The notes under the pieces are model-generated. The model was not told the origin of the DNA, did no database searches, and worked only from the letters and a program-made list of their open reading frames with translations. Of a DNA stretch of 64,000 bases, positions 12,901 to 25,316 are shown piece by piece. Positions within the stretch are counted from its first letter, which is position 1, and each line of letters opens with the position of its first letter. The position numbers and the translations under genes are program-made. Source of the DNA: Macrostomum lignano (Eukaryota); assembly GCA_002269645.1 (NCBI GenBank), contig NIVC01001940.1, positions 84,895 through 148,894 on the forward strand, written 5' to 3'.

Positions 12901-15900
12901 CAGCCGGTTGAGCTTAACCAATCGCGAATTAGCCAGCTTGTAGAACTCGCGCAGCTCTTTGCCGTGGGCCAGTACGGCATTGAGAAACTCTTGATGCTTC
13001 TGCTTTTGGCGCTTCTCCGCCTCCATCTGGCGGAGCAGCTCGGTGCGGACTGTGCCGCGAGCCTCGCGCAGGGCCACCTTTTTGGGCTTCTTGTAGGCGC
13101 GAGCGTTTAGCGCCGTGTCAAGACTGCTATCGCGGCGCGCGGTGCTGATCACCTGGGCGGGAGCGAATAGTATTACAGAATACAGGCTACTGATGAAGGG
13201 CAGTCTCTAAAGCCTCAATAATACAGTGAGATGCCCCCCAGACAGTGACGAAACTACGAGTACAAAAGTGACTAAACATTGTTGATTATCCTCCAAATAG
13301 ACAGTCCCACAGACAGTGACAGTACTACATACAATGACAGTCCCACAGACAATGACAGTCCTACAGTCAGTGACAGTCCTACAGACAGTGACAATCCTAC
13401 ACACAGTGACAGTACTACATACAATGACAGTCCCACAGACAGTGACAGTCCTACAGTCAGTGACAGTCCTACAGACAGTGACAGTCCTACAGACAGTGAC
13501 AATCCTACAGACAGTGACAGTCCTACACACAGTGACAGTTCTACAGTCAGTGACAGTCCTACACACAGTGACAGTCCTACAGACAGTGACAGTCCTACAG
13601 ACAGTGACAATCCTACAGACAGTGACAGTCCTACAGACAGTGACAGTCCTACACACAGTGACAGTTCTACAGTCAGTGACAGTCCTACACACAGTGACAG
13701 TCCTACAGACAGTGACAATCCTACAGACAGTGACAGTCCTTCAGACAGTGACAATCCTACACACACACAGTGACAGTCCTACAGTCAGTGACAGTCCTAC
13801 ACACAGTGACAGTTCTACAGTCAGTGACAGTCCTACACACAGTGACAGTTCTACAGTCAGTGACAGGAAAACCCCTTCAGACAATCCTACAGACGCGACC
13901 ACGCAGGAACAGGCCTGCGAGCGTACAGATAGTAATATGATATGATGATGACTCACCTCCTGTCGCAACTGACGCTGAAAGTTAAGCAGACGCAAAGCTC
14001 GCAGCTCAATCTGCAGCCGAGTCCGAGCTTCCTCGCTAACCGAAGCGGACATCTGCTCCAATTCACCAATGCGACCAACTATGCGGCTTTGCATTCGAAG
14101 TTCGCGTTCTTTGAGCAGCTCAACAGGGTCCAGGCCTGGCGGGCGGTCCGTTGGCACGAGGCAGTGTACAACTGGCAGGGCAGGCTGCTGCTGTGTGATA
14201 GACACTGACTGAACTGGCAGCTGCTGCTGCTGAGACTGCTGAGTCACCGATTGTGTTGGCTGCTGGACAATTGTCTGCTGCTGCTGTTGCTGCTGCTGCG
14301 GATGCGACAAAGCCAAGTGATGATGCTGAATCTGAACTGACTGATGATGCTGGAGCAGCGGCAGCGATACAGACACGGGTAGGTGGGTCGCCGTGGCAAC
14401 GCCGCCGCCAGCTGCCCCGGTAGCGCCAGCTTGTTGGACAACGGCCACCTGTTAGTTAGTAGTATGGGATGGTTTTCTATAGAATTTATAGTTAGGTCAA
14501 AAGTAGCATCACGGGACATATGAACCCACTACTGCCATCTATTCCCGATCCTTCAGTAGGTCACTACTGCCCTCTATTCCCGATGCTTCAGGTCACTACT
14601 GCCCTCTATTCCCGATGCTTCAGGTCACTACTGCCCCTATTCCCGATGCTTCAGGTCACTACTGCCCTCTATTCCCGATGCTTCAGGTCACTACTGCCCT
14701 CTATTCCCGATCCTTCAGGTCACTACTGCCCTCTATTCCCGATCCTTCAACAGGTTACTACTGCCCTCTATTCCCGATCCTTCAATAGGTTACTACTGTC
14801 CTCTATTCCCGATCCTTCAGTAGGTCACTACTGCCCTCTATTCCCGATGCTTCAGCAGGTCACTACTGCCCTCTATTCCCGATGCTTCAGCAGGTCACTA
14901 CTGCCCTCTATTCCCGATCCTTCAGCAGGTCACTACTGCCCTCTATTCCCGATGCTTCAGCAGGTCACTACTGCCCTCTATTCCCGATGCTTCAGCAGGT
15001 CACTACTGCCCTCTATTCCCGATGCTTCAGCAGGTCACTACTGCCCTCTATTCCCGATCCTTCAGTAGGTCACTACTGCCCTCTATTCCCGATGCTTCAG
15101 TAGGTCACTACTGCCCCTATTCCCGATCCTTCAGCAGGTCACTACTGCCCCTATTCCCGATCCTTCAGCAGGTCACTACTGCCCCTATTCCCGATCCTTC
15201 AGCAGGTCACTACTGCCCTCTATTCCCGATCCTTCAGCAGGTCACTACTGCCCTCTATTCCCGATGCTTCAGTAGGTCACTACTGCCCTCTATTCCCGAT
15301 GCTTCAGCAGGTCACTACTGCCCTCTATTCCCGATGCTTCAGCAGGTCACTACTGCCCTCTATTCCCGATCCTTCAGGTCACTACTGCCCTCTATTCCCG
15401 ATGCTTCAGTAGGTCACTACTGCCCTCTATTCCCGATGCTTCAGCAGGTCACTACTGCCCTCTATTCCCGATGCTTCAGCAGGTCACTACTGCCCTCTAT
15501 TCCCGATGCTTCAGCAGGTCACTACTGCCCTCTATTCCCGATGCTTCAGCAGGTCACTACTGCCCTCTATTCCCGATCCTTCAGTAGGTCACTACTGCCC
15601 TCTATTCCCGATCCTTCAGCAGGTCACTACTGCCCTCTATTCCCGATGCTTCAGCAGGTCACTACTGCCCTCTATTCCCGATCCTTCAGTAGGTCACTAC
15701 TGCCCTCTATTCCCGATCCTCCAGCAGGTCACTACTGCCCTCAATCTTGACAAGCCTACACTGCCCACTCTCTTCTCGCACCTTCGGCAGAGCGGACATG
15801 GACACAGTTACAGCAGACGGCTGCACAGCTGTAGACAAGCCAGCAGACAAAGCCACCACAGCCGTGCCAGGCAGTGCTGTGGCCATCACTTCAGACACAA

Positions 15901-16156
15901 CAGTAGCCACAGGAGCCGACTGAATCTGGCTAGACTGGGCCAGTAGCTGAGCAATATTCTCAGGCACAGGCCGAGTCAGCGAGCTGCCCATAGCCTGCGC
16001 TCTCAGCGCATCTGGTATCGGCTGATTCCGGCTCAAACTCTTGTAGGCATTGATTTGAGCTCTCAGCTGGGACAGCTGCGCAGGTGAGAATGGCGATCCC
16101 TCCGGTTGCTGATTGACAGAAGACTGTGGCGCTATTGTTGCCATGCTGTGGGACAT
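362..16156 (-). CDS. brm: SWI/SNF ATPase Brahma/SMARCA2-4 homolog, multi-exon gene (9 coding exons)
   Basis: Exons in the canonical order QLQ, HSA, BRK, SNF2_N ([27 protein letters not shown]), Helicase_C ([23 protein letters not shown]) and bromodomain; all GT-AG junctions have compatible phases; one frameshift near 11065. Confidence 0.95.
1000..1302 (+). mobile_element. tRNA-derived SINE with CORE-like central domain and (TTA)n tail
   Basis: A box (TAGCCTAGTGG) and B box (GGTTCGATTC) head, central GTGTC...GCAAGACACTTAAC...CTGTAAAATGGG, TTATTATTA tail; second copy at 6958-7577. Confidence 0.8.
1435..2255. repeat. 55-bp minisatellite built from GAGTCA subunits (brm intron 8)
   Basis: TCCCATCCC recurs at 1451, 1506 and onward; about 15 copies. 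Confidence 0.95.
2303..2760 (-). CDS. brm: brm exon 8 (SnAC region)
   Basis: ccgccag|GC ATG TTT GAC CAG (GMFDQKST...[14 protein letters not shown]...[10 protein letters not shown]); donor CTG|gtaggt. Confidence 0.9.
4061..5689 (+). pseudogene. Decayed piggyBac (PGBD4-like) transposase in brm intron 7
   Basis: VDESL, FVDKWF and MGGDDRMD catalytic-region motifs, [11 protein letters not shown]-terminal Cys-rich domain RCRIC...CPEC...LC...CF..WH ending at TGA 5689; spread over several frames; TIRs not located. Confidence 0.85.
6549..6903 (-). CDS. brm: brm exon 7 (Helicase_C)
   Basis: ccccag|GAC TAC TTC ([18 protein letters not shown]...); donor GCT G|gtaagc. Confidence 0.95.
6958..7577 (-). 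mobile_element. Second copy of the tRNA-derived SINE, interrupted by a MITE
   Basis: Reverse complement matches 1000-1302; head at 7512-7577, body and (TTA)n tail at 6958-7217. Confidence 0.85.
7218..7511. mobile_element. Non-autonomous hAT-type MITE
   Basis: 14-bp TIR CATACATGCGCAAC; 8-bp TSD GTCGAGAA at 7210-7217 and 7512-7519. Confidence 0.9.
8321..8572 (-). CDS. brm: brm exon 6
   Basis: ttccacag|GGC AAC (…[19 protein letters not shown]...SGKFELL...[10 protein letters not shown]); donor CAG|gtaatt. Confidence 0.95.
8665..9385. repeat. 22-bp minisatellite TGTTGACAGATTCTGAGTGA(CT/TC) (brm intron 5)
   Basis: About 30 units with two alternating variants. Confidence 0.95.
9439..10019 (-). 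CDS. brm: brm exon 5 (SNF2_N, DEGH box)
   Basis: cgccag|GC TCG CCC; [12 protein letters not shown]...[15 protein letters not shown]...[14 protein letters not shown]; donor AAG|gtgagt. Confidence 0.95.
10140..10635. repeat. Composite 20/21-bp minisatellite (GGATTTAGAGGCGATTATCAA / GGATTTAAGGCTGATCTTGA) (brm intron 4)
   Basis: Two related units alternate or run in tandem. Confidence 0.9.
10714..11313 (-). CDS. brm: brm exon 4 (BRK plus start of the ATPase), with a 1-nt frameshift near 11065
   Basis: ttcccag|GTG CCA; BRK ([10 protein letters not shown]...[11 protein letters not shown]) in one frame and HEDDDY...[10 protein letters not shown]...[11 protein letters not shown]...[11 protein letters not shown] in another; donor AAA G|gtgagc. 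Confidence 0.9.
11315..12410. repeat. G-rich 30-36-bp minisatellite (GGGATCATTGAAATGGGATTGGGGATTAGGGGGATT) (brm intron 3)
   Basis: About 30 variable units, each with several G-runs. Confidence 0.95.
12595..13152 (-). CDS. brm: brm exon 3 (HSA domain)
   Basis: cgcccag|GTG ATC; TALNARAYK...[34 protein letters not shown]; donor AGG|gtgagt. Confidence 0.95.
13280..13890. repeat. 18-bp minisatellite ACAGTGACAGTCCTACAG (brm intron 2)
   Basis: About 30 units. Confidence 0.95.
13957..14448 (-). CDS. brm: brm exon 2 (Gln-rich region plus conserved [11 protein letters not shown]...[14 protein letters not shown])
   Basis: ctaactaacag|GTG GCC; donor GAG|gtgagt; 164 codons. Confidence 0.9.
14525..15740. 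repeat. 35-bp minisatellite CTACTGCCCTCTATTCCCGATGCTTCAGCAGGTCA (brm intron 1)
   Basis: About 35 units. Confidence 0.95.
15782..16156 (-). CDS. brm: brm exon 1 (QLQ domain); further upstream exons are possible
   Basis: [27 protein letters not shown]; ATG at 16156; donor AAG|gtgcga; 125 codons. Confidence 0.85.
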
Positions 16157-16941
16157 GGAGCAAAGTATGTTTTAAGCCTTAATCTATAGCAGAAGAATTT
16201 GATAAATTACCAGATTCAAATCATCAAATCATCATTCTAGCATTGGTGGTCTCAAAACAATTTTACCAGCATAGCAACAAGATGGCATTGCTTATTAAAG
16301 GCCTATATTTAGCTAGGATTATTAGGATTAGTTCAAAAGATATAATGTGTAATAGTATGTATGGCGACCCCTAGTCTTTCAAGACTGAACAACTATATGC
16401 AGACTTCAGATGTGCTATGCAATAGCTGCAGCTAAGCTATTGGTGCACATCTACCCATTGGGGTAGGTATAATCAATTATTATTATTAGGCCTTAAACAA
16501 ATAAAAAACCTATAGCATAGTCACTAAAAGTAGATAGGCATTTAAGACATTTTGCTAAGCAAATATTTAGACAAATTGTTTTTTGATAAACAAAAGTTTC
16601 TAGACTAAGATTACCATTTTTATAAGAATGCTTATGCCAATTGAAATTTTAGATACAATACAACTTTTAACTAACTGTTTTAATTAGCATCATAAAATAT
16701 TAGAAGAATTGGTCTAGCAGATAAGAAGTTAGATGTGATAATATGGCAAAATTTAAAGATTTTTAGGCCCCTATTATGATTTTGATTTTGGTTTTCTAAA
16801 TTTCAGAAATTTTAAGTGCAAATTTTTATTTAAAAAATGTTGCTTTCTAAGTGGACTGATTTTTTGCTTGGAGTCTAGTTCCAATTTTTCGATTTAATAG
16901 GGCCTACTCTTAGAACTTCAATACTGTTTAGGCCTAATCTA

Positions 16942-17437
16942 CACTCTCGAATCTGTTATATGGTACGCCAGAAAAAATGACCCCTTACGCCATAAATTTA
17001 AGTTTATGCCAGAAAAAAATTTTGTACATGATATATATGCCGGAATGAAATTGCAACGTTACGCCAAATTGAAACTCAAATTTTAGGTCCCTTTTCTTTT
17101 TGAGTAAAATTACCTTTTACTTTATTAAACACAAAAATCTGGAAATAAATAAATAGTAACTGTTGTATAGTGTTTCTTGTTTTGTATTTTGTTTTAACAT
17201 TTTGTTTATAAAAACATTTTTAAACGTTTTTTGTACGTCAATTGAATATACAATACGTGAATACATCATTTTATATGTCTACTGCCACGCCAAACATATA
17301 TGCCAGACACCGATACGCCGGCGCAGTGGCGCACAATTGGCATAGCTGTTGTGTTATGCCGGATGTTATACGCCAAGCATATTTTCAGGTCTACTGTACG
17401 CCAGAATTTTCTGGCGTATATATAAGATTTGGGAGTG
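16942..17437. mobile_element. Possible MITE with imperfect TIRs of about 30 bp
   Basis: Left CACTCTCGAATCTGTTATATGGTACGCCAGAAAA versus reverse complement of right end CACTCCCAAATCTTATATATACGCCAGAAAA; internal TACGCCA motifs; no clear TSD. Confidence 0.45.
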
Positions 17438-18263
17438 GGGGGCCTAATGATTATGATTTTTAAAAGCTAGGCCTATTTTGTCATATTTTTGTAGACCTAT
17501 AAATTGATCTAATTAGAAAATACACAATTGATAATATGCTATGGATATTGTACATCAACATCTTGAAATTGAAATTTGAAAATGGTTGAACTTATAGTAA
17601 TTAAAACATGTAAATTCACAAGAACTATGGTTTTTGCTAGCTAATATATTATGGCAATAACCATTTTGGTGATAGACTGAAAACCCATAGCAGCAACATA
17701 GACTAATAGGTTGTAATAAATAAATAAATAAATAAAATTAGGCCTTACAAATTAAAAATAAAACAAATAAAATTACTGTTTAGGCCTACTATGCTACAGG
17801 TGCATTCAGGTGGCTACAGGCAAGCAAGAGTGCTTTTTTATAAGCCTAGTTGATTGCAAAAAATCAGCACAGATATAATTGCAGATGTAGCTAGTCAAAG
17901 CTATCTAGTCTTTATAGTTGACAGTATTGATACTATGTCATGTCACACCATTGTTGCAAGTCTTATGCTGCCATCGGGAGCACTGATTGCATTGCAATGC
18001 TTGTTGTCTGCTTCGGCAATCCTACACTTCCGTTTGGTAAATTATTTTCACATTTGAATTCGTACCACCGAGTCAAATGACGTTGATTGGCAATGTGTCT
18101 ATGGCCAAAAGTTTGAGCGAATAGAGTTTAAAGGGGTGCAAACTATTCTAAACTAAACTATAGTCTAAACCATAGACTATTTGGCTTCTGACTGAGCCAT
18201 AGATATTTTTTCCGGTCGGAAGCACACTGGTCCCTGTACAAAAGGAATGGGCAACACGAACAG

Positions 18264-18564
18264 CATACATGCGCAACAGTCGGCCGAGTCGGCCGATCCG
18301 GCCGACCGATTTGGCAGCCAATCAAGGAAGTCGCAAAAATGCCCACCCGAAAAAATACCAAAGTAGTATTACTAAGTAGCTGACGAGGCATTTTGACCTA
18401 ATAAGACAGTCATAGTTACTCCTGCCGTTTACCCAAAGTTGCGTTAATTTTGCGTATGGTTTTTTTAATTACATGTAAGTCGCATTTTTGGCCAAAAACT
18501 ACGTCGCATTTTTGTTAAAACTAAGTCGCATGGCCGACTGAATTTTGGAGGTTGCGCATGTATG
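18264..18564. mobile_element. Second copy of the hAT-type MITE
   Basis: Same TIR CATACATGCGCAAC and internal sequence as 7218-7511; 8-bp TSD ACGAACAG at 18256-18263 and 18565-18572. Confidence 0.9.
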
Positions 18565-20219
18565 ACGAACAGTATAAGAAACGTTCTTTTTCCTAGCCCC
18601 AGTCAGTTCAAACAGAGAAGCTGATCCATCTCCTTACTCGTCTAGCTTTTTGACAGTTTGTTTTATTGAGCTTCTCATATCTTCCTGTCTTCATTGCCAT
18701 GGCTAGGCGACCTGCAGCACCCGGGTTCATCATCCCATTAAATGAGGTTCAAAACACCGCCGAGCTACTCAATCTCAACATGTCGCTACGGGATCTGCAC
18801 ATCGTCACCCAGGACACCCTGTCTGCAATGCAGTGGTTTCAAATTCAAAATTCAAATGTCAAAATAATTTACCGAACGAAAGTGTAGGATTGCCTCTGCT
18901 TCTTTATGACAAAAAACACAATTAGACATGATTGTTAATAGAGGACTGACTGGCTGACCTACTTATATCGTATTGGACCTCACTTTAAGCTGCAATATAG
19001 GGCTACCCACAATGCAGATGGCTTGAAGATTGCATATGGGAATTTGTATATTACATAGGCCCTAGATTGTATTTGTCAATGAGAAATACTGATAGATCAT
19101 TACATTAGGCCTAGTTACAATTTGTTTAGAAGTGCAAGCTGGGAATTTGTATTTACATATTTGTACTTCTTAATGATACACAGAGAGATCATTACAATTC
19201 ATTTATGAGCGCATATGGGCCAAAAGTCACGGAAAAAACGTAAAATAGTGCCTAGGCCTATCGTAAAATTGAAATAGGTTCATTTCAATTGAACCAGAGA
19301 AAACCGAAATATACACTGCAAACTAGACAAAAAATGGAACACAAGAGTTTTTAACTATCTTAAAATGCGCAACGCGAGCCAACTTATGTTAGACGGAAGT
19401 TTGGGTAGAAAAATTTTTTGGTAGAAAAACCAAAGTGAGGACGCAACTTAAAAAACCGATGTTTTGGAAAATTGAAATTTAGAGTAAATTAAGCCCATAT
19501 AAACACAAATAAAGACCATATATGAGTAGAGTAGCAATTAAAGTGTGTTCTAGGACGTCGCACAAGCCAATTACAGGAACTTTCAGCAGCAGAAAAATAT
19601 GAAAATTTCAGCAGACACTTCCTGTCCTGCTCATCTCATAGCAGTCGGGCTTCAAACACGGATAATGAAGTAAGCCCAACGGGAAGCTCTAATCCATAGA
19701 TAATCAAAAATAGTATCCGTCTTTAGTATCTGTGCTCTAATCAGTGACGCGTCCAAGGGGGGCTAGGGGGGGGGGCCTGGGCCCCCCCAATTAAGCCACG
19801 GGCCCCCCTGTGGCCCTCCCAATTAAGCCACGGGCCCCCCTGTGGCCCACCCCCACTTTCAGTTTTTTTTCACTTTGGATTTCCAAAAGTTTCCAATAGT
19901 TTGAAAAACCCATTTTTTTCTTTTTTGCAATTTTAATTTTAGAAACAATAGTTTTTATACGAGCACTTGTAAGCTGTTGAAACCTGTGGATCTTGAACCC
20001 GTGGAATTCCAATCCCCGGAATTATTTTCGCACATTCTAGAATTTGAAGTCATACTCAAACAAAAACTTGTTAATAGTTAGGATGGAGATGAACATAAAA
20101 TGGAGTAAATTCGTGTAAAATTAAGATTTGAGGCAAGCATTGATCTCGTTGGCTGGGGTGCTGTGCAGAATATCAGGCAATGTTGATCTAAAACATGTAT
20201 TGGAAAAGTCGGGAAAACT

Positions 20220-21030
20220 CTGACCTCTGTCTCTGCCTCTCTCTACATGTACATCCCTCGGATCCTTTGAAACTTCTATCTTTGCTTCTGTTTCCTCTCT
20301 TTTCTCTCATCTTTCGTCTCTCCTGTCATCTCTTCTTTCCTAGCTCTTTCCTCTCTTCTCTCTCCCCTCTTCTTTTGTCTCTTCCCCACCTCTCTTCTCT
20401 CACGTCTTTTCTCATCTCTTCCCTGTTCTTTCCTCTCTCCTCTTTCCTCACTTTTTTCTCTCTGCTCTCCTCTCTCCTCTTTCCCCTCTACTCTCGTCTC
20501 TTCCCTTTCCTCTCTTTTCTCTCCTCTCTTCTCTTCTCTCTCATCTCTCTCATCTCATATCTTCTCTCTTATTTCCTCTCTCCTCTCTCCTCTTACTTAT
20601 CTCTCTGCTCTCCACTCCCCATCTCTCTTCTCTCTACTTTCTCCCCTCTCCATTCTCTTCTTTCCTCTCCCCTCTCTCCCCTGTTGTCGATTCTCTCCCC
20701 TCTTCTCTCTTTACTCCACTTCTTTCTCCCTTTGTATCTCTTCTCTGCTCTTACACATTTTTCTTCTCCATACTCTCTCCTCTCGTCTCCATAATCTCTT
20801 CTCTGTCCTCTGTTCTCTCTACTCTCCCATCTCTTGTCTGTTTACTGTCGTCTCTGTTCTCTGTTCTCCCCTCTCTCTTCTGTCAACTTTAATCTCTTAT
20901 ATGTTCTCTCATGTCTTTCCCCTATACTCTTTTATTTCCCGTCTTTGACTCCTCTCTTTCCTTTCTCCTCTCTTCTCTTCTCTTGTCTCTTCTCTTCTCT
21001 CTCCACTCTCCTCTCTCTTCTCTTCTCTCT
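20220..21030. repeat. CT-rich low-complexity tract
   Basis: Almost purely pyrimidine on the + strand, with no fixed period. Confidence 0.9.
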
Positions 21031-21439
21031 TTGGTAATTAAAATGTACGTATTTTTTTCTTAGAAACACGTCACTTTAAACAAGAAGTATACGTCTTTTT
21101 CGATACCGACTTATTTTAGCAAGGCTTCAAATTACGAGCGACTGATCTAGGGTATGTACTTTAATTTAAACTTAACATCCTGCACACATCTCTTTACACT
21201 ATTGGGTGAAATGACGAAATGACTATTTGAAGAAAAGGCTTTTGACGAAGGGTTTCTTGACGAAATGTCCATCCGCCTTTCCATATTGCTTGTTCTGGTT
21301 GTAGATCACAGATCTAATTTCTAAAGTATAACTGTCACCTAAACTAGTACTATAGAGTTGTAAGACACGGGCGTAGCCTATCGGGGAATTTCCCATTCAC
21401 TTTCCGTTTTGTTTCGTCTTTACGACTCGTTCGGGTATC

Positions 21440-24435
21440 TATGTGTATATATATATATATTAAGACGCAGAGGGGAGGACCCTTGCGCGCGCGCACTCGC
21501 AGAACAGGCGGGAGGGGCAGGCAGCAGCAGCCTGAGCGGTCAGCTCAAGCGCCTGCAAGTCAGCGATGAGGCAGTCCGTTAGAGTGGCAGTGCGGGCCTG
21601 GCCGCGGCGCAATTGCTCGGTCGGCCGGTGCAGCATGGCCAGGGCCAGAGGGACGGGCGCACTGCGACCCAGGGTAGCGCTCAGGGGCGGAGTTCCAGCG
21701 CGGGCCATCAGAGCGTTGGTCGACAGGCGATCCGGGTAGTGCACGCCCAGCAGCGATCGGTAAAGCGCGTCCAAGGCTCGCTCTCGCGTTTCGGTCAGCG
21801 ACACAGCCTCCATGCCGTACAGCAGGATCGGCTCGACGGCCGCGCGGAACAGGCGCACCTTCAGGTCGTCTCTGGCAGCTGTAGTAAAAACGTTCATGAG
21901 GAGGTGCACGGCGCGCCAGGCCTGGTTCCTTCTGTCGGAGACAATTGCATCGGGGCTAATCACCAGGGCGCCGAGGCACCGGAAGTCCTTGCACACCGCG
22001 ATGCGGTCTCCATTGGGCAGCGTTAGAGTTGGGCGGTATTCGTGCTCACGTGCAGCGCCTCCGTCTTGCGAGCGTTCACCAGCAGTCCAACACGGGCACC
22101 CTCGTCGCAGAGCCTTGTGAGAGCGCGCTGGGCAGCAGCTGGATCGCGGCAGAGCAGCGCGATGTCGTCAGCATACGCGAGAGCGGGAAGCGAAACAGCA
22201 GGGTGTCTGGAGCTTCGGCGTGAGACCAGCAAGTAGCTGTCATCCTCGCGGAGGGACCGACGAAGCACGTAGTCCACAACCACGAGGAAGAGCAGAGGAG
22301 CCAGCGTGTAGCCCTGAAGGACCCCTGAACTGGTGCCGAACTCTTCTGTGGGGCCGTCGCTCGACATGACAAAAGCCCTGGAGTCGCGGTAGAGGTCCAT
22401 TACCGCGCTCACCAGCGCAGCAGGTACACCATAGTGAGATAAAAGCCAAGCGATCGCAGGCCTGGACACCGAGTCAAACGCCTTGCGAAAGTCGACAAAG
22501 ATGATTGACACGGAGCGCTGGCGGGTCTTGCAGGCCTCGATGACAGAGCGGATGGTGGCAACCTGCTCGGTGGTGGACCTGCCCGGGCGGAAGCCGCTTC
22601 GGAGGCTCAGCAGCAGCGGGTTGAGGCTGGGCAGGAGTCGGTTGCGCAGAATCTCGTTCAGCAGCTTCGGCGTTGTGCATTCCAGAACGATGCCCCGCTG
22701 GTTGTCCAAGATGGTGGAGGCATCTTTCTTCGGGATGGAGACAATCTTGGAGGTGCGCCATTGCTGAGGAGCTGAGGCGGTCTCGTTGCCTCCAAGGCTG
22801 CAGTACTTGTTCAGCAGGCAGGTGATGATCGGGGTGAGCTCGGGCAGCTTCAGGACCCTGGGAGGGATGGCGTCCACCCCAGCGGCAGCATCAGCTCGCA
22901 TGGTCCTCAGTGCTCGGTCAACCGCAGTGATGTGGGCCGGTGTTGAAGGCGCCTGGCTGGGCTGGAGCGAAGTCTGGGATTGGCAGAAGAGGCGCAGTTG
23001 GAGCGGGCGCAGTGAGCAGCTCGCGGTAGTGGGTGGCCAGCAGGGCCTTGCGGTGCTCGGTGGAATCAGCGCCGACGATGGTGTTGGGCCTGGGCTTCCT
23101 GCCAGTCAGCTGGTTGATGGCCCTCCAGGCAGCACTATGGCGGCAGTTGTCAGTAGCGAGTTGGATTTCGCTCACAGCCTCTTCGATGAAGGCTTCAGTC
23201 CGCTGGGCGTAGATGCGCTGCAGCTCGTCCCTGGCAGCACTGGCCTGGTCGCTGTCATGGCCGTGGAGTGCAGCAGTGCTCTGCACATGCCGCCTTGCCT
23301 TGGAGATGATGAGATCGCGGTCCCACAGGGCCTTTAGATGATTTGACTGTCTCCGTGGGAGAAGCACTGCAGCATCCTCGACAGCGTGATGGAAAGACTC
23401 GAAGGACTCGGCTGGAGCAGGAGTGGCGGCATGCAGCTTGCGTAGGAAGACCTGCCGCGTGTCCGGGTTTCTCAGGTCGGCCCAGAGCGGGGGAGGTGGC
23501 GCAGGCCGGAGCTTTTGCCAGTGCAGATCGAAGTCGCATGCCACCAGGCGGTGATCAGATTGAACGCAGTCGGGGCGGATGTTGAGGACTCTGCGCACCC
23601 TGGACCTCAGAGCAGTTGGGCAGAGAATCCAGTCCAGCCGAGTCGTTCGCCCGTTGGGGCCAGAGAAAGTTGGAAGCTTGCTGAAGCGCTGTCGCATGAT
23701 GCCATTGACAGCCATCAGATCTCTGGCCTGGATAAAACTGGATAGAAAAGGTGAGTTGGCATTGGGGATGCCACAGCTGTTCTTTATCAGGCGGCCGTCC
23801 GCTGGCAATGGCGAGTTGAATTCACCAGCAACAATGACAGAGTCACGAGCAGGGATGGAATCAAGCAGTCTCGTAAAGGGCTTCTGTCTCAGATGGATCT
23901 TCACTGGTCCGGGGGGCCGTTGGAGCATAGACAGAGATGATGTGAAGCCGCCTGTCTTTTCCGGCAAAGGAGGCGAGTCCCAGGCGCTCGGATGGAAACC
24001 TGATGTCCAGCAGCACTCTGGATGCGGCGGGCGACAGCAGGAAGCCGATGCCTCCAGTTCCCTGGGGGGTGGCTAAGGCAACCTTGAATTGCCAGCTTAG
24101 GCCCAGATCCATAGATTCTTGAACTGCCAGGATGGAGATGTTGAGTTCGGCCGCCAGTCTTGTCAGCTCCTGCAGTCTCCATGTCTGACTGAGAGTGCGG
24201 GCATTGAAGGTGGCGACCCGAATCTGGCTTTGCAGATGCGGCTGACTTGTCTCCTTCTTGGCTCTGCTTGTGCGTGCATTGCGATGGCCCTCGAGGCTCC
24301 GGCTTGGCAGGCCGCGAGTCCTGGTGGGTCCGACAAGCATTGGTGCCAAGCACTTTGCGCCGCGCATTAAAGGGCTGCCGGCGGCGCTTAGAGGCCTCCT
24401 GACTCCGTCGTCCCCCGTGAGTCGCCCCATCTACA
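21440..24435 (-). mobile_element. RTE-like non-LTR retrotransposon, near full length, frameshifted
   Basis: APE endonuclease (IRVATFNARTL...ILAVQE; TRLDWIL; SDHRLV) and RT (QGYTLAPLLF, LAYADDIALL, VGLLVNARKT) spread over 4 ORF pieces; (TA)n tail at about 21445-21460. Confidence 0.85.
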
Positions 24436-25316
24436 TGTATGTATAGGGATGGGTATACCTATGTATTGTTCGACACAAAGCATATAGTTTTTTAATCAAA
24501 ATAATGGTAGTCAAAATAATGGTAGATAGTCCTAAGGCACAAATTGTGTTTTTTTCAAAAGCATCTGAAAAAAGAACTTTTTCTTTTTTCTCTGACCTCT
24601 GACCTCCTTTGATGAATCATATAGCTATTGTAGTTATTATTTAAGCAATCAATAATCTGATAATTAAGAAAAAGATCAAGGGCTACTACATACAGTGTCT
24701 CTCATATCAACGCTAGGGATTGAGCGGCTACCCCTATTCCCTGCTTGGCCGGACGCCAAACTGACAAAACAGTAGACAATAAGAATTCCTCGGCCTTAAT
24801 TAGTCACACTGCTGTACTTTAACGAATGTATTGAGAATTTAAAAGCAAAGCCTTAATATTTTTAGGAACAAAATTAAATACTAGATCAAATGGAGAATTC
24901 AAATGGTACACAAATCCATATGATGGATGCTCTGGTATAGGACAGGTCTTTTCTGTAATTTAATTTGAATTCCCAGCTCTGATTGGCTCACACCTGACCA
25001 ATGTCTAAACATGGCCTGATCCCAATAAAATCAAAAGCACATTGCAATTCTTGCATTAATTCTTCAAGGAGAGAATATTATTCACGATTCTGCGACAGAA
25101 ATTTAACGAATTCAATTTGGAAAACAGGTGAGTTTATCGTGTGTGCAAATCTGCTCATAAATGTTGTCCAATAAGCTTGAGCTCAGAGAACACAACATGT
25201 ACCTGTACAAGACTTGATGTGAATGTATCGCTTGCTACAAGCTTAGCGCTAGACTTTGATGGTACCTCGGATATTTGAAGGCCCACGCCAAATGGAATCT
25301 TAGAGAGTGTGCAAAT

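Noticed and set aside
8623-15946. Repetitive ORFs in brm introns, and at 25275-25948, 27702-28098 and 35434-37047
   Set aside because: They are translations of minisatellites, most of them lying between well-defined exons
18698-18835. Short ORF resembling a Merlin/IS1595 transposase N-terminus
   Set aside because: Only about 45 codons, with no catalytic motifs or TIRs seen
19741-19860. hAT-like end with a duplicated 30-bp GC-rich unit
   Set aside because: No partner TIR or TSD found
20195-21037. Leu/Ser/Phe-rich membrane-protein-like ORFs
   Set aside because: Artefact of the CT-rich low-complexity tract
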